Assembly (NCBI GenBank): GCA_002189035.1
Contig: CM007990.1
Span: 2,046,001-2,110,000, forward strand
Source: Utricularia gibba
Lineage: Eukaryota > Plantae > Magnoliophyta
Reading direction: 5' to 3'
Length of the DNA: 64,000 nt
Below, one piece after another: positions 54,271-64,000 of this stretch. Both the position numbers and the translations under genes were made by a program. The notes under the pieces are model-generated. The model was given only the letters and a program-made list of their open reading frames with translations, was not told the origin of the DNA and searched no databases. Numbering within the stretch: position 1 is the first letter of the stretch; every line of letters starts with the position of its first letter.

Positions 54271-55260
54271 TCAGTGAACCCTCCAAATATAAGCCCTGCT
54301 AAGGGCACCGTAAACCAACTCGGGACAAGAAGTAGTAAGAAAACAAATTAGATAAACTAAGTTGGAATTCCCAAAAGATCTGAAAACCCTAACATCAGGG
54401 AAAAAGAATGTTGTTTCTACGAAGGTAGAAAAAAGAAAACTAAAGTTCAGGAGAAGGAGGATCCGTAGGGGAACCAACTGAAGGGCCAACGTGCCCCTGT
54501 ACTCTTGCCCGCAGCCTGGTTTCGTTCTCCCGATTGACTCTGGCCCGAATAAATGCACATAGGCATTCCCGATCCACTTCGAAGCTGAATACAGGTGCAG
54601 GAGAAATATCCGAGACGATGTCAAACATGTTCTCGTCCTTCGTCAACGGGTTGATCTTGTCAAAACGAGGATCCATAATGGATAGCCCGAACTCCTTACT
54701 GATCTGACGCTGTTGCCGATACAGGAGTAGACCGATTAAATCGTCGGCATAGATATCCGACAACTCGGAGAAGCATGCCGAGTTCGAAAAGTTCTCCAAA
54801 AGCTCCCTCCGGGACGCCTCTTTCTTGAATAGTTCGGCCTCTAGGGCCGAAACGCGTTCTTTGCTCTGCTTCAACTCCTCCTCAACCTTCTCAGAATGCG
54901 TCTTAAAGTGTTCCTTTTCGGAGTTGGCATCGTTGATCGCACTCCCCATCTCTTTCACTAGGGTCTACAGTTCCTCCTCCCGGCGGGTACGTTTTCCGAG
55001 CATATACCTCAATGCATTCCCCTCTTCTCCCAATGATTTTATTTTCGCGTCCTGCGCCTCAACTTGGGCTTGAGAAATTTCCTTCGAGGCGGACCCCAAC
55101 CCTTTGGCCATCCCCATCCAAAGGTCAAAGCCTAAAAGAAGTTCATCATGTCAGAAACAGGTTATATCCGATTTCAAAAAAGAGGAAAGTTACCTGCCAA
55201 ATCCCCTTAAGGATGATTTCCGGTTGAGCTTCCAAGGGATCTGGGGTCAACCTCGTTTAC
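54271..55260 (-). pseudogene. Retand-type antisense coiled-coil ORF (3' part)
   Basis: ORF 54440-54958 is heptad-rich (EEELKQSKERVSALEAEL), GC-rich like pol, antisense and 3' of pol; truncated at about 55260. Confidence 0.6.
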
Positions 55261-55729
55261 CCTAAACCCCAAATATGGTCACCGTATATTCAATTACGGT
55301 GACCATCCGTAAATCTGCTATTTTTAGCAGAATCGCATCAAATTTTACTTGGCACGCCTTCCACTTATCATGTGTTACAATATCTTTGACTGAAAAAGCA
55401 TCATTCGGTTCCCAATAAAACAGACTTACAATTTTCCTGAATTTATTAAATTTTATTTTACAAAACAAGTTAATTTCTTTAAAAATTCTTTTACACCATT
55501 CTTCTCTTTCTTCTTCAACCACCGTGTCAATCTTCACATTTCAAAGGTTTTTTGACGCAGAATAGGTATGCTCTATGTGCAATGTTTTTTTATATCTTAA
55601 TGGTCATAGCATTGGATTCTCTATTTCACGAGGATCTGAAATCATACAACATTTGTTTTATCTGAAAATTTTCGTCATTGTATTGATCAACCTTGTGAGT
55701 GAATCTAGAAAGAATGGATGACTTTCTTT

Positions 55730-56330
55730 TTTTTGAAATTATAGTCACCATAATGTGTTTGTTACAATGCATTGCTCTAAAAGTATTCTCATTCTTTTTT
55801 CATTTTGAAATTACAGTCACTGTAATGTGCAAAGATCTCAAAGCATATGAAACTTTATTTTACTCTCGTCACCGGATTGTGCGATCATTGCAGTGCGTGG
55901 CTTTGAAAGTATGCATATATTTATTATATTTTGGATTTGTAGTCACTGTAATTCGTTCATTGTAGTGCGTAGCTCTATGCAGATGTTTTTTTTTTGTTTT
56001 GTATTTTTCATCACTGTAATGCGTTCATTGTGGTGTGTGGCTCTGAAAGTATGCGAAGTTTATTTTATTGTGAAATTTTAGTCACTATAATGTGATCATT
56101 ATGGTGTGTGGCTATGAAATTATACGAAGTTTATTTTATTGTGATATTTTAATCACTGTATTTCTTTCATTGCGGTGTGTGGCTATGAAATTATGCAAAA
56201 TTTATTTTATTATGATATTTTAGTCAATGTATTTCTTTCATTGCAGTGTGTGGCTATGAAATTATACGAAGTTTATTTTATTATGAAATTTTAGTCACTA
56301 AAATGCTTTCATTACAGTTTATGGATTTGA
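55730..56330 (+). repeat. Tandem array, about eight copies of a 71-bp unit
   Basis: GTG(T/C)GT(G/A)GCT recurs at 55893, 55965, 56033, 56104, 56175 and 56246, with more degenerate copies to the left. Confidence 0.85.
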
Positions 56331-56362
56331 AAGTAATCATTTTCATTGTTCTTTATACAGAG

Positions 56363-57430
56363 ATGAACACATTAGAAAAGTTGAGACTTCGATTCAATAT
56401 TCCTGAAGAATATCAATTGTGGTATAAGGAAGAGGATGAAGAGATTGTTAATGATATTCCAGAACGTGTTGGTCCTAGGGGTTTTGCTATCAGCACTGAG
56501 CACCTTAGATGTGGCTTGCGTGTGTCAGTGGTACCATTTATGTTGCAAGTTTTGACATTCCTTCAAATTCCATTTTTACATTTGACTTCTAAGTCAGTAA
56601 CATATATATTGGCATGGGTTTACATTGCTTGTGAGGAAAGCATTCCCCTAGAATTGCCTATTTTCTTTGCCGTGAGCATGTGTAGTAGAATAAAAGATTC
56701 ACCAAATTATGTGATAAAGGGTAAGTCTACAATCAAATTAGTGAAAGTTCTACGAAGTAGCTATGATAGTTGGTGGACAAGTTTTGTATGAGTTTCTCCT
56801 CCTGAAGATTTACCAAATGATTTCCCACGTACACTTCCAAATTCTCATTTTATTGGAAAGCCACAAGGTATTTTATGTGTTAAACAATTTTTTATACTAT
56901 TGTGCTTTTACGAGAATTGTTTTGATTTTATTGTTCTAATTTACTTATGTTTATTGTTAGGTGTTGAGATGTTACCAAGGGATGTCGTTGATGAATTCAT
57001 TGCTTTCTTTAAAGGGCAGACTAGGTCATTAACTACAATCCTACCTCATATCTTTAGAGTCTGGGGCATGGCCAAATTTTGCTGTGGGAAAAAAAGGATT
57101 ACAAAGAAGGATGATGATGTGGATGATCAAAGTGGAAATGATGCTGATAATTTACATGAAAATGTGGTGGTTGACAATGAAACAAATGATTTGGCAGCTA
57201 AAAATGAGGCGTTGAAGCAACAACTTAAGTGGTATCAATCTAAATGGCCTTCTTTCTGTGAATCAAGTAGTCATATTCCAATGGTGCGGAAATTAGTAGT
57301 ATTCGATTTCAATGGCATTTTTGCTGATATTATTTTTCATTCATCATCAACCATCAAATGGCATCCCGATAAGTGGATTTATGGGCGAGCACACTTTTGC
57401 TTAATAGATTACTATCACCATGTTTTCTAG
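56363..57430 (+). pseudogene. Spliced chimeric ORF: Transposase_28-like domain, acidic/coiled linker, FCP1/NIF-like fragment
   Basis: Acceptor at 56360, ATG at 56363, intron 56868-56960 (GT-AG, frame preserved), one internal TGA at 56789. LEKLRLRFNIP...HLRCGLR...PFMLQVL; RKLVVFDFNGIFADII. Confidence 0.6.
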
Positions 57431-57780
57431 TCATTGTAATTGATAAATTATAGTAATCGATAGAAATAGACGATTATGGTTTTTCTTATATTATTTTTAT
57501 TTGTGCTAACTATAATTGATGATTACAGTGATCGACATAAATAAGCAATTATTTTTTTTTATGTTAATTTTATTTCTGATAAGTGTAATTGATGAATTGT
57601 AGTGATTGCAAGAAATATGTAATTATCGTTTTCTTTATATTAGTTGCATTTCTAGTAACTGTAACTGATGAATTGTAGTGATCGACAGAAATATGTAATT
57701 TTTTTTATAGTTTTTTATTTCTGATAAATGTAATTAATGAATTGCAGTGATCAATATAAATAAAAAATATTCAAATGAGA
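57430..57780 (+). repeat. Tandem array, about five copies of the 76-bp unit, inverted relative to 36410-36870
   Basis: The core TGTAATTGATGAATT(G/A)(T/C)AGTGATCG recurs at 57435, 57511, 57584, 57660 and 57729. Confidence 0.85.
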
Positions 57781-59410
57781 AAGTTAAATAAAACGATATT
57801 TATGGTTTTTAATTTGATTTATTATTTGTAAAAGAATATATAATATAGTTTTGTTTTTTATTTTGTTTAAATTATTTATTATTTATTATTTAATTGTATA
57901 TATTTTTGAAATATATAATAATTAAATAAAAATATAAATTATGAAACATTTAATTTGATTTTTCGTGTTATAATTGAAAAATAATAATTGATTTTATTTT
58001 TTATTTAATATAATTTTTGAATTCTAAAAAAGATATTTTAATAATATTTATTACAATATTTATAAAACAAATGTAATATATTTTTATTTTTTTGTAAAAA
58101 ATATAATAATAGAATAATTAAAATTGGTTGTTAAAAAGAAATTCAAAAATGAAAAAAAAATCTATAGGATAGATGATATTGACACGCAATTAAAATGAGA
58201 TGCACATAATGAGTGGTTTTAGAACTATGTTTTTTTTTGCAGTGGATGAATTTGATAAAAACTCGCTCGAATACTTACTATTGGCTACTTCACCATGGTA
58301 GGGTAAAGCGAGTTAAAATGATTTAAGATATGATAAATTTATCCATTATGTATATTTTTTTGTGCATAATGTGTGAGAAAAATAGAGGGTGATTAGATTT
58401 CAAAACGAATCGAAAAAACACATGATACAAAAGAGCCTCCAAAGCCTCTGGGTCATGTCGTGTCCGGCTAACCTGGAAGTTCATTATAGAGCTTGAATAC
58501 TTTCCACAGGAGTATACACTTGTTCTCCAAAAAAATGTGTAATGCAACTATGTGAACAGGAGACATAGAGTTTAACCCAAATGGAGGAATTGAGTCTCGC
58601 CCCAATCCCCATGTAATGAAATTCAGTAAATAAATGTATCTACTACACACCAAAACACTCCTCGGCTCACTAACCCTAACCCTTTCTGCTATTGTATTTT
58701 GGGTGCCGAGAAGTAATGGCCAAGGTATCTTGAGTGGTACTTGTCATGATAACCAGCAATGAGAGTATATTGGATGGTATTTGTTATTAAATGCAGCATC
58801 CAGGGCAAATATTGGGTGCTATTTCTTACCAAATGCAATGTTGTTTGTTAATACAAGTATAAACAACACTCAGGACATGAATATTTAGTTTTTTAAAAAA
58901 TGTTGTACCTCAATTATACTATTAAGGAATGTCTGATAAAATATTCTTGGGTTAAAAAATTAAATTGAAAGCTTTGGAATATTATGCTGGATAAATATTT
59001 ACGTGTTTCTTAATTTGAAAACATATTTGAGATAACAAAATATTTATATCGATATTTATGTTTTATTTTTAAAATTGAACAGTATATTATATAATTCAAA
59101 TTCAGACAATATTAGATTTATTATTATTTTTGAACATATTAATAAAATAATACTTACAAATATAAAAATACTCAAATAAAAAAATATGATCAGGTATCTC
59201 ATGAATTAAATATGTATTTTAATGTCAAATAATAAAGATTCTCATTTTTCAAATAACATAGAAGAAAGATGAAAGATGAAGACAATTTATCAAACGAGCT
59301 CTTTTTTTTTTGCCGTGAAAACACCTATGGCAAGTGATCTGTGAGTTAACTGCTTCTACCGGTTTCCAGTACAACGAGCATTCTACAGTATCCCGAAGTG
59401 GAAGGAATCC

Positions 59411-60815
59411 TTACGAGGCTTGAGAAGGGAGAGTCGACTTACGCCACTCCCAGTAGCTCGCCCTTATTGGATCGATCTTCTCCAGTATAAAACACACTCT
59501 CATGGCCAACTCCGAGTCTGCTGCTGAGGCTGGGAGCTCCAACCCCGAGTACACCGCTTCGATGGCACCTTTCAGATCATCGTCCGCTTCAAATCCATGG
59601 CCCAGGATATCCAAAACCAAGTTCAAAGCGTGAACGTGCTGATTTGAGCCCTTCAGAACCTGGGTGCAAACAGAGGCCACCTGGGGGTCATCGCCTAGAT
59701 GCTTCGCATCGTTTCGGTACAGACCACGGAGATATCTCCAAGGACTCTCATTCCCTGGTTTCGCTACAATGGCTTTTATCGCGATCGCCACTTCGGAATC
59801 TCTCATCACGTCTAATCCCCCAAGGAGGGGAGAATTAGTGACAACAAAGTATCTCTGCAGCAACAGCAGATCGCATTAATCAAGTGTTCCTTTTTCTTCC
59901 AAAACCAGGAGCTCTTCTTAAGCTACCTGATTCCATGCAGAATTGTTGCATATGTCCTCGTTCAGAAGTTCGGTACAGTAGGAGAGTTCATCTTCCCATC
60001 CTCCAAGGTTCTGAAGGACCCACTGCATGTGCGGTTTTTACAGTCACATGAAGTGTAGCACTAACGATTGCATGCGCTCTTATCAAGAGTTTAAGTTGGT
60101 GAATAGGCTGGCTCACCTGCCTATGTGACCAGGCATGATAATTCTTTGCATCTCGAGAGAAGACTCTTCTCGTGAACTCTAGCTCTTTGGTGACTGCTCC
60201 AACACCAACCTTCTCCGAAACCCATCGTCTATGATGCCTGCAATGCTCAACGTTTAAAATGCACATGATTTATGTAAGATGGATTGCATATTGAAATGCA
60301 ACTTCCACTATTCTTACAGAAATTTGAAGAAATAGATCCCAAAATAAGAAAGAGGTAAACCTACCAAATTTGATAATTTTTTGGATTCTCAGTCGCAACA
60401 TGATCCAGAAACTGAAGTTCGTCATTTAGATCCACATTGAGATGCTCCAGAATCAGCCGTCTGAACTGCCACACCTAGCACAAAAGTGAAGAGTCAGAAA
60501 AACATCTCTCATGGGGAATCGAATTTCGCTTCCCCGTGAAATGAAGGAAGACGCTTGAAAGTTTCTTTTGCTCACAGTGTAATTCCCTGGATTGAGAGAA
60601 ATAGCTTCTCGAGTTAGATCAAGTGAGCGAGGTGTCCGCTCATTGGCCAAGTAAACTGCTCGAAAGTAGTTCATTGTTTCGATGAACTCATCCTTGTAAT
60701 CAATCACTACTACTGGATCGGGACCATCATCCTGTGGCACCGGCTGAACATCTGCCCACTTTGGCCTATTGCTGAATGGAACCCACTTTCCCTTCACCTC
60801 ATCTTTGCTATCCAT
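59411..60815 (-). CDS. FTA: Protein farnesyltransferase/geranylgeranyltransferase-I alpha subunit, 336 aa
   Basis: Exons 60815-60576, 60474-60365, 60237-60117, 60022-59927 and 59854-59411, total 1011 nt. [69 protein letters not shown]. Confidence 0.95.
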
Positions 60816-61939
60816 TGTGTCTTGAAAATCCTTTCTCCTGTTGAGGATAAACGCATTGATGTGCATTAAAATGTGATTTCAAATCGAATACACTGCAAAG
60901 AAAACAACACATCTTGGAACTAGATAATTCAAACGCAGAAACTCACGACAATCAAAGCCAACAACAATGGAAAATTTATCAACCAACTGTTTTCCACACA
61001 GCTAAATTATCCACGGCAGCCATCAATTAGGATTCAAACTTGTTAAAAAAGAGACATATTAAAGTTGGACTTGTAAAAATATCTACATCATCAAAAGTCA
61101 TTCGGAAAATGCTTCTTTTCAGCAGCATTGACTATACACCTCTTTTAGGTGACAAATAGATAATGCAAAGGATTTATATCCAGATCATGAACATTCAAAT
61201 TCAATTTATTCATCAAAAAAAGGACACGAGACCAAGAACAAGCCTTTTTTTCTCAACAGAATGTGAATGTAAAACACCTAACCAGGAAAGGAAAAAAAAA
61301 CACATGAAGGCATCCCTTACCCTCAAACAGCTTCATTTTAATATGAACCCGTTTCTGAACAAATGGAAAAAATAATGTCTGAACAAATGGGAAATCAGAG
61401 CCACCCATTCGTTATTCAAGAGGGAGGCAAGACATCACACTTGCAAATATATTTTGAAGTGTGCATGTAAAAAATAAACCTTTGGAGCCGCTTGGTGAAC
61501 ATAGGGAAGGTCAATACAATATCTTCATTCAAAAGGACTTAACTCCCAGAATGTTTATCTACTCCCAACTAAACTACCATTATGACAGTTCAAAAAATCC
61601 ATACGGCAAGGCAAAGAGGCCTACACAACGGTTTTACAAAAAGGAAAGGGAAAAATTTTGAAGTATAAAAAAAGCAAAATACAATGAGATAACTCGTAAA
61701 ACAGTCCTTCGAAAGCGGATGAAGACAAGTAATGGCACGTTATTCAGGACCGGCTTCCAGAAATCTCAACCAGAATGTGAAATTGAAAACTTTCGCAATT
61801 CTAATGGACCGGTTTCAGCAAAAAAGTTTAAATCGAGGAAAAATAGGAAGCACCTTGGGTTTTAAAACCAACGCGATACTGCAAAGAACCAAATGGGCAC
61901 GCCTGGAGCGCCAAGCACTGATCCAACGACGAACGATAC

Positions 61940-62327
61940 CTCGGCAACAACCACGCCCCAGGAATTGCCCAGAGAAGTAAACCGAAGACGAAGAAGTTAC
62001 AGGGCCACAGGTAAAATTTAGGCCTAATTGAGAAATTGAGAGCATTTGAATAAAAAGCAGACTAAAACCAATTAGTAAAAGCCCAACTCCTAAAGGCCCA
62101 GTCTTACTACAATCGTCACATTTTGGTTCGCCGAGTCCTCCTCGTCCTGGTGCTGAAGGAGAACATGTGATCAAGGTTTTGCTGCCAGTCTCTCAAATCT
62201 TCCTGCCATTCTGCATTACTCCACTACTGCAGCCGCTTAACAGATTCTAGTATATTCAAAATGCGCTGCACAGAAGCCAGATGATAGCCGATTTGCCACT
62301 CCGCATGTGACCCAATCACCTGCTTCT
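61940..62327. promoter_or_regulatory. Candidate bidirectional promoter of FTA and MCD1, with two site II motifs
   Basis: AGCCCA (62080-62085) and GGCCCA (62095-62100). A predicted FTA 5'UTR intron at 61939-60838 brings the FTA first exon next to this region. Confidence 0.5.
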
Positions 62328-63848
62328 ATGGCTTCGAGTTTCACTCTACACCTCCACGTAGCACCCTTTGCGTCTGTAAGCACACCTCTCGCTTTGATGT
62401 CTTGGACCTATTTTTTTGAAATTTTTCACTTTTCATGGGCTCCTATCCTGTCCTAATTTCTGATGACCCTGCATTCCTCAGAAAAAAAATCAATTTTTTT
62501 CTGATGAGCACACATTGCGGACGGAAATGGTCGGTGTCTGTAACTGGAAAGCCTGGAATGGAAGAGCTAAGTGGAAGAAGATTGCTACGAAAGTGGTGGA
62601 TTCTGACGGCGATACGCGTCCCTTTAATGATGCTCTTGTGACACAAGTAGTAGAAAGCTCCCCAAAATCCGAGGGGAGTGTTGTTTCTAGACTGCAAGAA
62701 TCAAGGGGATATATTCCTGTCTTTTTCTCCCAGATAATGGTTTGTGAGGTTTATTACCGATGCGCATATGAGATTCATAGTTTTTTTTTTTACTCTGTAA
62801 ATGCACTTTTCTTGTCAAGTATTATCATTTCCTTAGCTTGTTGAATTTCAATGGTGATCATTTTAAATTTTGTGGTGGCATGAAGAAGGCTTTCAAAACA
62901 CGATATTGTTAAATATCAATAGTGATGACATGTATGATGCACTTAATGGTGTTCCGTTTATCATCAGATTTCAGGCTGACCAAAGTTCTTGTGTTATTCT
63001 TTGCGGCAGATATTTGTTTAAATGCTTGATTCTGACTTTTAGTTTGAATTGGATGACGTATCTTGCACCTCACTCCCAACAATTCAAAATGTACGTCTTC
63101 CATGTTGCCTGGTTTTGCAGATTAGAGGACTTTCTGGTACAAGGATTTCAGTTGGATTATTCATTCTAGCAACTATGCTAGTTGTCGTAGTCAGACATTA
63201 TGCAACAATGAAATCACACTCTCGTGGCTCAGGCTCTGTTGCAGATCTAGTTCGTCGTGGTCATGTTAGAGCAGATAGGAGAGGCATGTACGGTGCTATA
63301 TCCATCATCTAATTCCTTGTATCTTATAGATAGTTGTGCTCAAGCATCTTGGCATTTGGATGAATTTGATCTTGTGATTCTACGTGATGGATGATGCACT
63401 GTTGCTATGTTTAATGAGCTATTTTGATATTTTATTGGATTGCCTCTGTAATTTTGTCCGTAGATCTACTCTGAAGTGTGAGGATCCATTCAATAACCCA
63501 ATGGTGAAGGTCAGCAAGAGCAACTCAACAGTTGAAATGTTTGGAAAAGTTTACCGCTTAGCTCCAGTTACACTCACAGATGAGCAACAAAGTATACATC
63601 AAAAGCGAAGATCACGTGCATATCAATGGAAGAGACCTACCATTTTTCTGAAGGAAGGAGATTCTGTGCCTCCTGATGTGGACCCTGACACAGTCAGGTG
63701 GATTCCTGCTAATCATCCCTTTGCAACAACTTCTAGTGATATTGATGAAGGGTTGGCTCAAAGCAACGTGAACCAGAAACATGGTGTTCCATTCCGTATT
63801 AAGGCAGAGCACGATGCACTGCAAAGAAAACTTGAAGCGCTGCAGAAT
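62328..63848 (+). CDS. MCD1: MULTIPLE CHLOROPLAST DIVISION SITE 1 homolog, partial (last exon probably beyond the window)
   Basis: Exons 62328-62375, 62482-62739 (acceptor less certain), 63121-63287 and 63464-63848. GSVADLVRRG, EDPFNNP, KVYRLAPVTLT, HQKRRSRAYQWKRPTIFLKEGD, WIPANHPFATT, HGVPFRI. Confidence 0.92.
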
Positions 63849-64000
63849 GTAAGTTCTAAAATAAGTAGCTACCATTTGATGAGTTGGAAAGCTGGTACGC
63901 TTACATATAATCATTGAGTAATCTCATTTGGCTCATCTATATAGCCATGAATATCACTTGTCTTATCCAGGTTCTTTTTTCTATAAAAATGTTTACGCCT

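Larger units (their letters stand above)
41685..55260 (+). mobile_element. Truncated Ty3/gypsy Tat-lineage (Retand-like) retrotransposon
   Basis: Domain order gag-PR-RT-RH-additional RNase H-INT, then an antisense coiled-coil ORF 3' of pol. No complete LTR pair or PBS was found; both ends are approximate. Confidence 0.85.
35640..58285. mobile_element. Putative large Mutator-like element hosting nested insertions
   Basis: Inverted arrays of the same 76-bp repeat at 36410-36870 and 57430-57780; further degenerate inverted similarity between 35660-35745 and 58188-58275; a MURA gene inside. Termini and TSD are not resolved. Confidence 0.5.

Noticed and set aside
36410-57780. CRISPR-like reading of the 71-bp and 76-bp arrays
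   Set aside because: These are head-to-tail tandem units with no unique spacers, no cas genes, and a eukaryotic context.
58665-58690. Telomere-like CTAACCCTAACCC
   Set aside because: Only two imperfect units, not an interstitial array.
61815-62174. 119-aa minus-strand ORF between FTA and MCD1 as a separate gene
   Set aside because: GTG start, no recognisable motif, and it overlaps the predicted promoter, FTA 5'UTR exon and intron.
1-64000. tRNA, rRNA or snoRNA genes
   Set aside because: None recognised by eye; the GTTCGAA matches belong to hAT repeats. tRNAscan-SE and Infernal would be needed to exclude them formally.

Overview
Plant nuclear DNA, most likely a eudicot, so the bacterial-style GTG/TTG starts in the ORF track are mostly misleading. 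Six spliced host genes can be rebuilt by hand from GT-AG boundaries: a clade-B AT-hook/PPC (AHL) gene, an SDR42E1-like 3-beta-HSD, a CUC3-like NAC factor, a DUF2358/At1g65230-like plastid protein with an apparent frameshift, farnesyltransferase alpha (FTA/PLP), and MCD1, which is head-to-head with FTA and runs off the window end. Most of the remainder is transposon-derived. The centre (about 35.6-58.3 kb) is a nested stack. A putative large Mutator-like element, bracketed by inverted arrays of one 76-bp repeat, carries a MURA pseudogene interrupted by a solo LTR. It also holds a Tat/Retand retrotransposon, into which a hAT element and a PIF/Harbinger element have inserted. At its right end is a spliced, stop-disrupted accessory gene joining a Transposase_28-like domain to an FCP1/NIF-like phosphatase fragment. 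That accessory gene plus the arrays is the best candidate for an undescribed system, and its function is hypothesis only. All family assignments come from motif recognition and recall; no database search was run.
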